Source: an uncultured Alphaproteobacteria bacterium (lineage in GTDB: Bacteria > Pseudomonadota > Alphaproteobacteria > Rhizobiales > Beijerinckiaceae). Taken from it: a DNA stretch of 64,000 nt. The stretch covers positions 2,187 through 66,186 of the forward strand of contig CAWCCX010000006.1 in NCBI GenBank assembly GCA_963794155.1, given 5' to 3'. Shown in pieces: positions 55,615 through 64,000 of this stretch (positions are counted from its first letter, which is position 1; each line of letters starts with the position of its first letter). Position numbers and translations under genes: made by a program. The notes below the pieces were generated by a model. The model saw nothing but the letters and a program-made list of their open reading frames with translations, searched no databases and was not told the DNA's origin.

Positions 55615-57321
55615 CTATTGACGTTTGTTTGTGAACACCCCGACAAAGCCGACGCGGGCCGTGGGGTCCGTCTTCATGGCGCTTGTCAGAAGCTCCGGAA
55701 CGAGCGCCGCGTCGCGCTTGTCATGGTGTTCGCGCAGCCACCCCAACAGATCATCCGCTGGACCCGAGGCGGCCAGCGCCACGATCGTGTCGGCGCCGAA
55801 AGGCGGCGTAACGCCGAGGGAGCAATGCCATTCGCCGTTTTCCGGGTTCGGACAATGCGCGGTCACTCCAGGCGCGCTAGGGTAGAGCATCTGCACGGTC
55901 GCGTCCGCGGCGACGTTGAAGACGACCAAGCGCTGATCAGCGATCTCGTCGATCTCGACTCGCGCCTGGTCGCCGGAGGTCAACAATTGGCCTTCGGTCG
56001 CGAGTCGCATGGGAAGGTTGCGATTTTCCGCGATCTCGCGCAATCGCTTCACCACCCATGTCCGGTCGATGACGCCGCCGATCAGAGAACCGTCGACGAA
56101 CTCCATCACAAGATCGCCTCGAGACAGAGCCTCGCTCTTGGCGACGTCCCAGACGAGATCGGCGCCATCGACCGTCGGCGATCTCGCGAAGGGCGCATTC
56201 CCCTTCTCAATCGTCCCCCATCGGTCCTCCGCTCCATCGATCATTGCGACGCTGACCGCGTCAGCTCGCGCGTCGATCGCCTCCTGCCGAGGCGTATCGA
56301 CCGGCGAGAACCCGCGTACTTTCGGCGGCGCGGGCGAGGCCAAGGCGCTGGCAAATGTCAAAACCGGCTTGCCGTATACGGAAGGATCCGGGCTCTGCGG
56401 CTCGACCTGAATCAATTGGCGATCCTGGGTCGCGTGCCGGACGTTGGGCTTCAAATAATCGTAGAGCGCTTGGCGCGTAACGACCCCGTCCTTGGCCGAA
56501 TCTCCGCGAAGAGCGCGAGCGAGAAAATAGCTGAGCGCCCCCCGCGGCGCTCCGGGCACAAGGCCATCGGTTTCCGGAACGACCGATTTGCTTGTCGCGC
56601 CAGCCAGAAAGGTGACATGGGGCATCAAGGCTACGCTGGCCCGCGCTTCCTTGTCGGTCATGGGAATGCCAACAAATTGCTCGCGCCCGCTTTCCCCGGC
56701 TCGGATCTCATCGGCGCTGGCGCGCAAAACCCGCGTCCGCATCGCGCGTGTGCGGGGATCGACCTCTCGCATGCCGCCGCCGAAACACAAATCCACGATG
56801 ACGAGCGCATCGACGCCCTTCGCGTCAAGCCGCGACAGCCACGCCCGCATTTCCGGATTCACGATGATTTCGCCGGCGCCCGCGCCGCTATAGTTGAATG
56901 CAGAGAGCACGATCTGCTCGTTGACGCCGTTGGCATCGATGCCTTGCCAATGCGGGTATTCCGGAATCTGCATGCCGTGTCCGGCGAATGCGAAGAGAAC
57001 GAGGTCCCCGGGCCTCGAATCGGAGACGAAGGAATCCATCTGCGCCACGATCTTCGCCCGCGTCGCGTCAGCGTCGAGCAGGACGACAGGCTTAACGCCG
57101 TCCTGACTGAGCGCCGCGGCAATGTCCTCAGCGTCCGCCCGCGCGCCCTGCAACTGCCATTCTGGATCTAATCTCGAATAGACGTCGACGCCGACAACGA
57201 GCGCCCGGATCGTCCCGCCGCCCGGCGCCCGCAAGTCACCCGCCGAAACCGCGCCGACCTGTGCAAGCGTCGCGGCGGCTGTCGCCCCCGCGGCAGTCAG
57301 GAAAAGCATCAATTTGCGCAT
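55615..57321 (-). CDS. Exported caspase-family peptidase + C-terminal DUF4384-like domain
   Basis: GGGAG RBS, signal peptide, RALVVGVDVY, FAGHG, VDLCFGGG; C-terminal FNVAADATVQMLYP...VTPPFGADTIVA. Confidence 0.85.
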   Translation of the reverse strand: MRKLMLFLTAAGATAAATLAQVGAVSAGDLRAPGGGTIRALVVGVDVYSRLDPEWQLQGARADAEDIAAALSQDGVKPVVLLDADATRAKIVAQMDSFVSDSRPGDLVLFAFAGHGMQIPEYPHWQGIDANGVNEQIVLSAFNYSGAGAGEIIVNPEMRAWLSRLDAKGVDALVIVDLCFGGGMREVDPRTRAMRTRVLRASADEIRAGESGREQFVGIPMTDKEARASVALMPHVTFLAGATSKSVVPETDGLVPGAPRGALSYFLARALRGDSAKDGVVTRQALYDYLKPNVRHATQDRQLIQVEPQSPDPSVYGKPVLTFASALASPAPPKVRGFSPVDTPRQEAIDARADAVSVAMIDGAEDRWGTIEKGNAPFARSPTVDGADLVWDVAKSEALSRGDLVMEFVDGSLIGGVIDRTWVVKRLREIAENRNLPMRLATEGQLLTSGDQARVEIDEIADQRLVVFNVAADATVQMLYPSAPGVTAHCPNPENGEWHCSLGVTPPFGADTIVALAASGPADDLLGWLREHHDKRDAALVPELLTSAMKTDPTARVGFVGVFTNKRQ

Positions 57322-57350
57322 GCTCCCTTCCTGTCGCAAGCCGAAGACCA

Positions 57351-57839
57351 TCAATCCGGCGCGCCCTTGCGAAGCTGCTCGACCCGGCGGTCTAACTCCT
57401 TACGCTCTTCTTGCGACGCGGGCGGCGCAGCCCGGGAGAGAAGGGAAATGGCGGTCTCGTAGGCGTTGAGCGCCTCCTGGGATTCGCCGCGGCGGCCGTA
57501 ATAATCGCCCAGCCTTTCCGCCGATCGCCAGTCGCCGCCGATCTCAATGATTCCTTCGACGAATTCGATCATCTGCTTTTGCGCGTCTCCCGGCGGAGCC
57601 GTGTCGGCCATATCAATAACCGAATTGATCTCCCGGATGCGATAGGCGTCGATGTCGAAATTGCACACGTTGTCGTCCGCGATCGCCGCCATCGCATCTT
57701 TCAATTTCTCGAACGCCTTGTCATGGATGGCGCTTTTGAAACCGGCGATGAGCGCGCCGCAATCGGCCGCCGCGGCTGAACCCGTCAAGGCGAGGCAGGC
57801 GGCGAGCGAGGTGAGCCATCGGCTCGATCCCGCGAACAT
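57351..57839 (-). CDS. Secreted helical (TPR-like) hypothetical protein
   Basis: Signal peptide ...GSAAA/ADC, Cys pair, WRSAERLGDYY..RGESQEALNAYETAI. Confidence 0.65.
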   Translation of the reverse strand: MFAGSSRWLTSLAACLALTGSAAAADCGALIAGFKSAIHDKAFEKLKDAMAAIADDNVCNFDIDAYRIREINSVIDMADTAPPGDAQKQMIEFVEGIIEIGGDWRSAERLGDYYGRRGESQEALNAYETAISLLSRAAPPASQEERKELDRRVEQLRKGAPD

Positions 57840-58072
57840 CCTCCGGGCCTCCCCAAATTGAACCGCGGCGCTCAGTCTGAGTCTGCAGCCTGTCTGGCGA
57901 TCGAGGCCGTAGAAACCGCCTTCTCGCTCGGCGGCCGACGGAGCAGTCTTACGAGATACGATCGGCATCGTTGCCGAGACAACATAAGAATGTGAGATTT
58001 TTGCGAACGCATCTTGGGGATTTTCCCAAGCCGATCCGCCTCGCGGTCATCTGCGGGAGGCAAGACCAGGCG

Positions 58073-59380
58073 TCAATCCGACACGCGCACGGTAAAGGCG
58101 GAGTTGAGGTCGGAGGGCTGCACATTCAAGTTTCGCAGTTCTTGCAGGATGTCAAATAGAACCGCGGTCTTCTCCGCGTCCGCTGGAACGCACCAAGAGC
58201 GCCCCTCAAAGACAGCCGAAGCCAGACAACCTGGCCCGCTTCCTTCGACAATGTCGATGAGCGGTCCTTTCAGTTGGTTCGCGGCGTCGCTGAGAAACGG
58301 CACGTCATCGGTCGTGCCCCACGCTTCACCGACATATTCGAAAACGCCAAGCGGCGATCGAAGCTTGATGAACTCCAGCGTCACCTTCCCATACGGCTCG
58401 AACACGGAAGAGAATTTCACCGACCTTGTCGGAGGTTTTGACCCGCGGGCGCTCGATGGTCCCGCCGCCGCCGAAGAGCCGCCGGAGGCCTTCGCCAAGA
58501 TCGCGTCGCATCTGAGCTGCGGCGAACCGGTGGTGAAGCGTGAACTTCCAAGCGTGGGGTCGAAACACAATTTGCCGCCCGACTCGGGGATCTTGCTTGG
58601 GCTCTGCTGAGTGTTGGACGACGTTGGAGTGTTGACGGTGTTCGTGCCCGGGCTGGGTGCGGCGCCTGCGCTTGAACTCGGAACCAACTCCGCCGTAAAT
58701 CCATAGTCATCGTAGAGCTGCAACCATCGGACAAATTTTGCATAGTTGCAGTTGTCGGGATTTTCAAACATTTCTTCTACAGACCAAGAGGAATTGGTGT
58801 CCCGCAATTTGTCCTCGCAAGTATAATCATAATTTTTGGCCTTTCCCAATACGTCCGAGTCGCTATGATCGTTGTCGTGGGGATGATTCCTGAACAGGGC
58901 AATGCGACCATTATGTGAGACAGTAATGCTATCAATCACCGCATGGTACACTATCTCTCGCGGATGCGATCCGATAAGCAGCGCGAGATCCTTGAAGCTC
59001 ACCGGGAAGAGCATCCCCTCCTGAAAGCTTGTCGTGATTATGGGGTTGGCCTGGTAGCTAGAAGTAACGGTGCTGCTTAGAGAATTGGTTATCGCATAGG
59101 TCTGTTGGAGGGCGGTTTGGTGGGGTCCGAAAGTGACGGTCGGTAGACCTGTCGACAGCGCTTCAGCCTGCCCTCCGGCAATTTGCGATATGGCGACAAA
59201 CGTTGGCGATTGATGCTTGGAGATCCGAAGTACATTCAACAATGTTTCTTGATTCGAGGCGTCATGCGAGTTGACATTGCCATCATATATTCTTGAACCA
59301 AACTGATCGACGCTCGCGCAGGATCCCAGCACAATACCCAGGAAAAGTAAGGAAATTCGAGCGACGGACAGTCCCGTCAT
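58073..59380 (-). CDS. Putative lipoprotein, hypothetical
   Basis: Lipobox LGS/C after hydrophobic segment, long closed ORF, visibly more AT-rich than its neighbours. Confidence 0.75.
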   Translation of the reverse strand: MTGLSVARISLLFLGIVLGSCASVDQFGSRIYDGNVNSHDASNQETLLNVLRISKHQSPTFVAISQIAGGQAEALSTGLPTVTFGPHQTALQQTYAITNSLSSTVTSSYQANPIITTSFQEGMLFPVSFKDLALLIGSHPREIVYHAVIDSITVSHNGRIALFRNHPHDNDHSDSDVLGKAKNYDYTCEDKLRDTNSSWSVEEMFENPDNCNYAKFVRWLQLYDDYGFTAELVPSSSAGAAPSPGTNTVNTPTSSNTQQSPSKIPESGGKLCFDPTLGSSRFTTGSPQLRCDAILAKASGGSSAAAGPSSARGSKPPTRSVKFSSVFEPYGKVTLEFIKLRSPLGVFEYVGEAWGTTDDVPFLSDAANQLKGPLIDIVEGSGPGCLASAVFEGRSWCVPADAEKTAVLFDILQELRNLNVQPSDLNSAFTVRVSD

Positions 59381-59411
59381 TAACCAACCCCAGCATTCAT
59401 TGCTTTTTTTG

Positions 59412-59440
59412 GTTAAATTGATATGTCCGTAGCTTGTCAA
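59412..59440 (-). promoter_or_regulatory. Candidate sigma70-type promoter for the lipoprotein/caspase operon
   Basis: On the minus strand TTGACA (59440-59435), 17-nt spacer, TTTAAC (59417-59412). Confidence 0.35.
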
Positions 59441-59466
59441 CCGAGCAACCGTGGGAGGCGCTCCAA

Positions 59467-59817
59467 ATGCGTGGACAAATCAAAGCCGCAACTCGCGCGA
59501 TCGCGGCGCCATCTCGCGCTCAGCAAGTCATTCTGGCGCTCGCCTTAGTCAGCGTCCAGGTTGGCTCAGGCGCGATCGAGCAAGTCCAAGCCGGGGCCCT
59601 GAGCCCCGAACAGGATGCCGGATCAAGGATCATCGTAACGGCTCAGATTTACGCCGGAGATCCAAGTATTCCGGTACGTATTCGAGAATTGCCCGGTCCC
59701 AAGACAAATGCGACGGTAAAGCCGGACCCTGGCAATCCCGCTCCCACCAAGGAACTGGCGCCTCCTCCGTCAACCACCGAAAACACGCCGCCGCCTGCGG
59801 CCGATAAACCGCAATAA
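59467..59817 (+). CDS. Small exported Pro-rich hypothetical protein, divergent from the caspase operon
   Basis: Hydrophobic signal-like segment, Pro-rich tail; GGGAGG upstream. Confidence 0.5.
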   Translation: MRGQIKAATRAIAAPSRAQQVILALALVSVQVGSGAIEQVQAGALSPEQDAGSRIIVTAQIYAGDPSIPVRIRELPGPKTNATVKPDPGNPAPTKELAPPPSTTENTPPPAADKPQ

Positions 59818-59957
59818 AAGAGTGCCAACTCATACGTTTTCTACGGCGACTCTATTACTACTATAAATATTCCAGGCTTGAAATCCGACTATATTAGCCG
59901 CAGCGCGCTCTATTGTTATAACCGACGCACGCCGAGATCAAGCGGCCTTGGCCACAA

Positions 59958-61234
59958 TCAACCGGTGGCCCTTAGCTGACGCGAAGCGCGCGAAGTTTCG
60001 CGCAGGCCTTGCTCGATATGATCGGCAAGGTAGAGCGCATCTCTCCCGACGCCGGAGAAGCGTCCTGAACCCCAGGTGTGCAGCCACGGCAGACCGACGA
60101 AATAGACGCCATCGCAATCGGTCACGCCGCGGCTGTGCTTTGGCTGTCCAACGCCGTTAAAGACCGGGACGTCGAGCCAGGAAAAATCCGGGCGGAAGCC
60201 GATGCACCAGACGATGGCGCCGACGCCTGAGCCGTCGAGGGCGAGCGAGCCGCGCTCGACCGGCGGCGTCCATACCGGCGCGTAGACCGACGGCTCCGGG
60301 GCGTCGATTCCGGCCTCGGCGATATAGGCGTCGATCCCGGCGTTGATGCCGTTGTAGGTCCGATCGGCGTCTTCGAGGCAAAGGCCAAGATTGTCCTCGA
60401 AGTGAAGCCTTTCGCCGTCAAAGCCTTTGAGCGCGCCGTAGAGGTCCATCCCGTCGAGAGCGAACTTGCGCAGATCGATGTCGCGGCCACCGTCGCGGCC
60501 AGTCACGTAGTGGTTGGTGTTGTCGCGCACCCCCTCGCGCAACGGGTGACGGTCGACCGGCATGTCGTAATAGCCCATGTCGGCAAGCCAGGCGACGACA
60601 TCGCGGCCGCGATAAAAGCGCGCGCAGCGCGGAGCGCGGCCGACCGCCAGCAGAACGCGCCGGCCCGCAAGATGCAAATCCTCGGCGATCTGCGCTCCCG
60701 ACTGGCCGGCCCCGACGACCAGCACCGCGCCCTCCGGCAACGATTGCGGATTGCGATATTGCTCGGAATGGAGCTGAACGATCGACTTCGGCAGCCGCTC
60801 GGCAAGCCGAGGGACGATCGGCTCATGATAGCCGCCGGACGCCGCGACGACGGCGTCGGCGCGATAGGAGCCGTCGGAAGTCCGTACGTCGAAGCCGCCT
60901 TCGGCGCTGGCCGAGACGCGTTCGACCGCGACGCCCTCGCGCAGCGGCGCATCGACCGCCCTGGCAAATCCGTCGAGATATTCGACAATCTCGTCTTTCA
61001 CCATGAAGCCATGCGGGTCGCCGCCGCGATAGGGTATCCCGGCAAGTCGCACTGCCAATTGGGGGTGACGAGACAGAAACTGTCCCAACGGCGCGCGCGC
61101 CAGACATGCAGCGCCCGACGCCTCTCGAACACGAGGTGTTCGATCCCGCGCGCCTTGAGGTGATAGCTGATCGAGAGGCCGGCCTGGCCGGCGCCGACCA
61201 CGGCAACCGGGACATGAGGGATCGGGTCGGGCAT
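59958..61234 (-). CDS. nitH: MSMEG_0569-family flavin-dependent oxidoreductase (Nit1C NitH), -1 frameshift at 61032-61034
   Basis: [58 protein letters not shown]. Confidence 0.88.
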
Positions 61235-61249
61235 CGTGCGCTCCTTGCC

Positions 61250-61537
61250 TTACTCTTCAAAGGCTTCGACGCTCACGCGCGCGTCCGGGCGATCGGCGAA
61301 TTTCGCGCAACCCTCCTCGATGCGGGCGAGTTGTCCGAGCGCGAGCGAGCAGGCGTGACCGTACTTTTCCTTCACCCGATCGCTGGCGATATTGAGCGCG
61401 ATGCGACAACGGCCAAGAAAGTCGCCCGTCGCATAGCTCGCGCCCAAACGCAGATGCTCCTTGACGACGAGCGAGGGTGAGTAGCAGGTCTCTGTGGCGC
61501 CGTCGGGCCAGAGGATGCGAAAGCGCATTTCAGGCAT
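61250..61537 (-). CDS. nitG: MSMEG_0570-family protein (Nit1C NitG)
   Basis: MPEMRF..RWPDG....CYSPSLVV signature, ASDRVKEKYG.ACS.A. Confidence 0.9.
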   Translation of the reverse strand: MPEMRFRILWPDGATETCYSPSLVVKEHLRLGASYATGDFLGRCRIALNIASDRVKEKYGHACSLALGQLARIEEGCAKFADRPDARVSVEAFEE

Positions 61538-62687
61538 GGATGGCCTGACGCAGCTTCGTGTAAATCGGCAAGTGCGCCCTTGCGGTCACGCCCCAGTCGT
61601 GGCGGTGAGCGACAAGGCGGCCACGACGGGCTAGTCGGGCGCGCATGGGCTCTGCGCTCGCGATCAGCATGGCGTCGGCGATCGAGGCAGCCCTGAACGG
61701 ATCGCACCAGACGACGTCGTCATCGTCGAGATGTTCGGTGAATGGCGCGACCTTTGACACGACGACCGGAACGCCGCAGGCCATCGCCTCGATGACCGCG
61801 AGGCCGAAGCCTTCTTTGAGCGAGGGGAAAACCAGCGCGCTCGCCAGGCGGTAGAGCGCCGGCATGTCGTCGTGCGGCAGCGTCCCAATGACGGCGCCGG
61901 GCGGCATGGCCATTCTCGCCAGCGCCGCGGCAAACCGCCGCTGATAAGCGCTATGGTCGAGCACCGAAGCGCCGCCCGCAACGATCAATTGCGCGGCGGG
62001 CTCGACTGCGCGGATCTCGCCGAAGGCTTCAAGGAGGCGAAGCGTATTCTTGCGTTCCTCAATGCCGCCGATCGACAGGAAGACCGGACCCTCGCCCAGG
62101 CCAAGCCTCGTGCGCAACGCCTGTTCGCGCCCATCGGGCCGGGGGGCGAATCGCGTGCTGTCGACCCCGTTGCCGACCATCGTCGCATTCCGGCCGAAGC
62201 GCTGTCGCACAATGTCGCGCCATGTTCCGCTGACGACGAAAAGCTCGTCGGCGGCGACGATCGAACGCGCCTGGAGCGCCGCGATCTTCGGATCGTCGAA
62301 ATCGTCGATGTGATGGACTGTGCGGGCGAAGCGGTCGATGAGGCCCTGCTGCTTGAGAGCGGCGAGAGCGTTGGCGGAAATGCCGTCCTGGGCATGAAAA
62401 ACGTCGAAACGCCGATTGGCGGCGGTCTCGAAATGCGCGAGGTATTCGGCGATCCTCGTTTCGATCATCGTTGCAACGTCGCCGCCGACCGGAGATGCGG
62501 CGACAAGGACCGAGCGGCAAAGGGTCGGCCGGAAGAAGCCGCCTGCCCTAGCGTCAGGCGCGTGCACGACCGGCTCGCAGCCGAGCCGAACGAGCGCGTC
62601 GCCGAGCTCCAGCGCATGGACCACGCCGCCGCGCGGGTTGGTCGAGTGGGCGAGGATCGCCACCCGCAGGGCGCCCGGGGGACTCAC
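61530..62687 (-). CDS. MSMEG_0565-family glycosyltransferase (GT4)
   Basis: HSTNPRGGVVHALELG, HAQDGIS, RTVHH, GGIEERKN, PSLKEGFGL..EAMA. Confidence 0.9.
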   Translation of the reverse strand: MSPPGALRVAILAHSTNPRGGVVHALELGDALVRLGCEPVVHAPDARAGGFFRPTLCRSVLVAASPVGGDVATMIETRIAEYLAHFETAANRRFDVFHAQDGISANALAALKQQGLIDRFARTVHHIDDFDDPKIAALQARSIVAADELFVVSGTWRDIVRQRFGRNATMVGNGVDSTRFAPRPDGREQALRTRLGLGEGPVFLSIGGIEERKNTLRLLEAFGEIRAVEPAAQLIVAGGASVLDHSAYQRRFAAALARMAMPPGAVIGTLPHDDMPALYRLASALVFPSLKEGFGLAVIEAMACGVPVVVSKVAPFTEHLDDDDVVWCDPFRAASIADAMLIASAEPMRARLARRGRLVAHRHDWGVTARAHLPIYTKLRQAIHA

Positions 62688-63664
62688 GCGACACTCTCCT
62701 GGCGCCGGGGGCCGATCAACGGCTCGCGCTCGAAGTCCCAGATGACCTCGACCGTCCCGCGATCGGCGATCGCGACCTCGGTTCCCGAAAGGACGCGCCC
62801 GATGTCGGCCGCGGCGATGTCCCGCTCGGCGAACAGGCGGGCGACAGCGCCGACATCGTCAGGCGCGACGGCGAGCAGGTAGCCGAAACTCGGAAACGTC
62901 ATCAGCCAACGATCGGTCGGCGCCGAATCCGGTTTCGGAACGGCGCCCACGTCGATCCTGACCCCGACCTTCGAACATTCCGCCAGCATCGCCGCGGTGC
63001 CGACTATCCCTCCCTGGCTGATGTCCTTGGCGGCCCGACAGAGGCCGGCTTCGGCGATCCGCGGCAGAAGCCTAAGGTCCGAGCGAAGCCGCGCGGAAGG
63101 CGCGTCGGTGGCGGCGTCCCAATTGGCGAAGGGCTCGCGGTAGCGGCCCCGCAGGTCGATCGCCGCGACCAGCCGATCCCCTGGACGCGCGTCGAAACTG
63201 GTCAACAGTCTGTTGGCGCGGCCGAGTATGGCGACCGAAAGCTGGCTGCGGCCGGCGCGCATATTGGCATGGCCGCCGACGATCGGAACGGCGAACGCCT
63301 CCGCCGCGGCGCGCAGGCCGGCAAGGATCGGCTTGGCCTCTTCGCCGCCGTTCGCCCAGACCGCATCGACCACGGCGACCGGCCGGCCGCCCATCGCGGC
63401 GACGTCCGAAATATTAACCATCACCCCGCACCAGCCGGCAAACCATGGGTCGGCGGCGACGAATTCGTTGATGAAGCCTTCGATGGCGAACAGCAGATAG
63501 CCTTCGCCGTCCGGAATCGCCGCGCAATCGTCGCCAACCGCGATCGACGACGCCGGCGTGAGCCCGAGCCGCTCGGCGACCGCCCCAATATCCGCCTTGG
63601 CGGCGAGTCCGGGCGCGCCGCGTAACGCCTCTCCAAGCGCGCGCATGTCGAGGCGCTCGGCCAC
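62684..63664 (-). CDS. nitF: sll0787-family AIR synthase-related protein (Nit1C NitF)
   Basis: VGDDCAAIP, FAIEG, GWCGVMVNISDVAAMGGRP, GGHAN, AAKDISQGG. Confidence 0.9.
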   Translation of the reverse strand: MAERLDMRALGEALRGAPGLAAKADIGAVAERLGLTPASSIAVGDDCAAIPDGEGYLLFAIEGFINEFVAADPWFAGWCGVMVNISDVAAMGGRPVAVVDAVWANGGEEAKPILAGLRAAAEAFAVPIVGGHANMRAGRSQLSVAILGRANRLLTSFDARPGDRLVAAIDLRGRYREPFANWDAATDAPSARLRSDLRLLPRIAEAGLCRAAKDISQGGIVGTAAMLAECSKVGVRIDVGAVPKPDSAPTDRWLMTFPSFGYLLAVAPDDVGAVARLFAERDIAAADIGRVLSGTEVAIADRGTVEVIWDFEREPLIGPRRQESVA

Positions 63665-64000
63665 TACGCCGCCTTAGGGCGTTCGCAAGAACGCCCGTTA
63701 TGGCGCAGCGCGAGGAAGCCGGTCTCGGGCGCGCGGAACGGGGGATAGAAAGCGAGATCGGCCTCCATGACATGATGCGGACGGCCATGAAGCTCGATCT
63801 CCTCGAGCGTCCGCCAGTGGAGTCGCTGAAACATGAGCGCGTTCTGGCTTTGCACATGGGCGAGGAAGCGCCGGCATCCGAGCGAATGGGCCGAGGCGAC
63901 GGCGAGCCGAATCAACGACGCGCCGATCGCCCCGATCCGGCGGTAGTTCGGCGCGACGGCGAGCCGCGAGCCGCGCCACAGGCCTGGCGCCTGTTCGTGG
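63664..64000 (-). CDS. nitE: MSMEG_0567/sll0786-family GNAT acetyltransferase (Nit1C NitE), 5' end beyond window
   Basis: HEQAPGLWRGSRLAV, LIRLAVASAHSLGCRRFLAHVQSQN, GRPHHVMEADL. Confidence 0.88.
   Translation of the reverse strand, partial: HEQAPGLWRGSRLAVAPNYRRIGAIGASLIRLAVASAHSLGCRRFLAHVQSQNALMFQRLHWRTLEEIELHGRPHHVMEADLAFYPPFRAPETGFLALRHNGRSCERPKAA

Noticed and set aside
55521-55634. 37-aa antisense ORF with AAGGAG upstream between two caspase genes
   Set aside because: RBS-to-ATG spacing is only 3 nt, the sequence is Arg-rich like a shadow ORF, and it overlaps the caspase stop.
46718-59380. Gasdermin or CRISPR-associated (Craspase) defence locus
   Set aside because: No gasdermin-like, Cas or CRISPR repeat sequence recognised, and the proteases carry export signals.
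59810-59832. Sigma54-like TGGCAC...TTGC on the minus strand
   Set aside because: GG-to-GC spacing is 12 nt instead of the required 10.

Overview
High-GC bacterial DNA whose gene content and codon style fit an alphaproteobacterium (probably Hyphomicrobiales; inference). No rRNA, tRNA or CRISPR array was recognised. From left to right: (1) 1-16.4 kb, a catabolic region with two paralogous sugar-type ABC importers, each with a fused ATPase-permease gene, plus Zn-dehydrogenase, ketopantoate-reductase-like, VOC, LhgO-like, SDR and MetE-core-like enzymes. (2) 16.7-17.8 kb, an IS630 with a REP-like hairpin inserted in its first catalytic motif. (3) 21.5-27.8 kb, a GltD-like/PFOR/DHOD-like operon. 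(4) 27.8-34.1 kb, nested mobile DNA: IS630 ends enclosing a tyrosine-recombinase + IS91-type element, a 1 kb inverted-repeat-bounded cassette carrying one secreted-protein gene, a MITE, and gene fragments. (5) 34.1-42.4 kb, a Pseudomonas-like class II PHA cluster. (6) 42.4-46.4 kb, larABCE. (7) 46.7-59.4 kb, the most unusual block: eight co-oriented genes for exported or membrane proteins, including three signal-peptide-bearing caspase-family proteases with intact His/Cys dyads, an output-less CHASE2 sensor, a glycine-zipper protein and a lipoprotein. (8) 60-64 kb, the distal half of a Nit1C/MSMEG_0565-0572 cluster. About nine otherwise intact genes carry single-base indels, mostly in short homopolymers; these are probably sequencing or assembly errors. 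All family assignments come from motif recognition by eye, not database searches.
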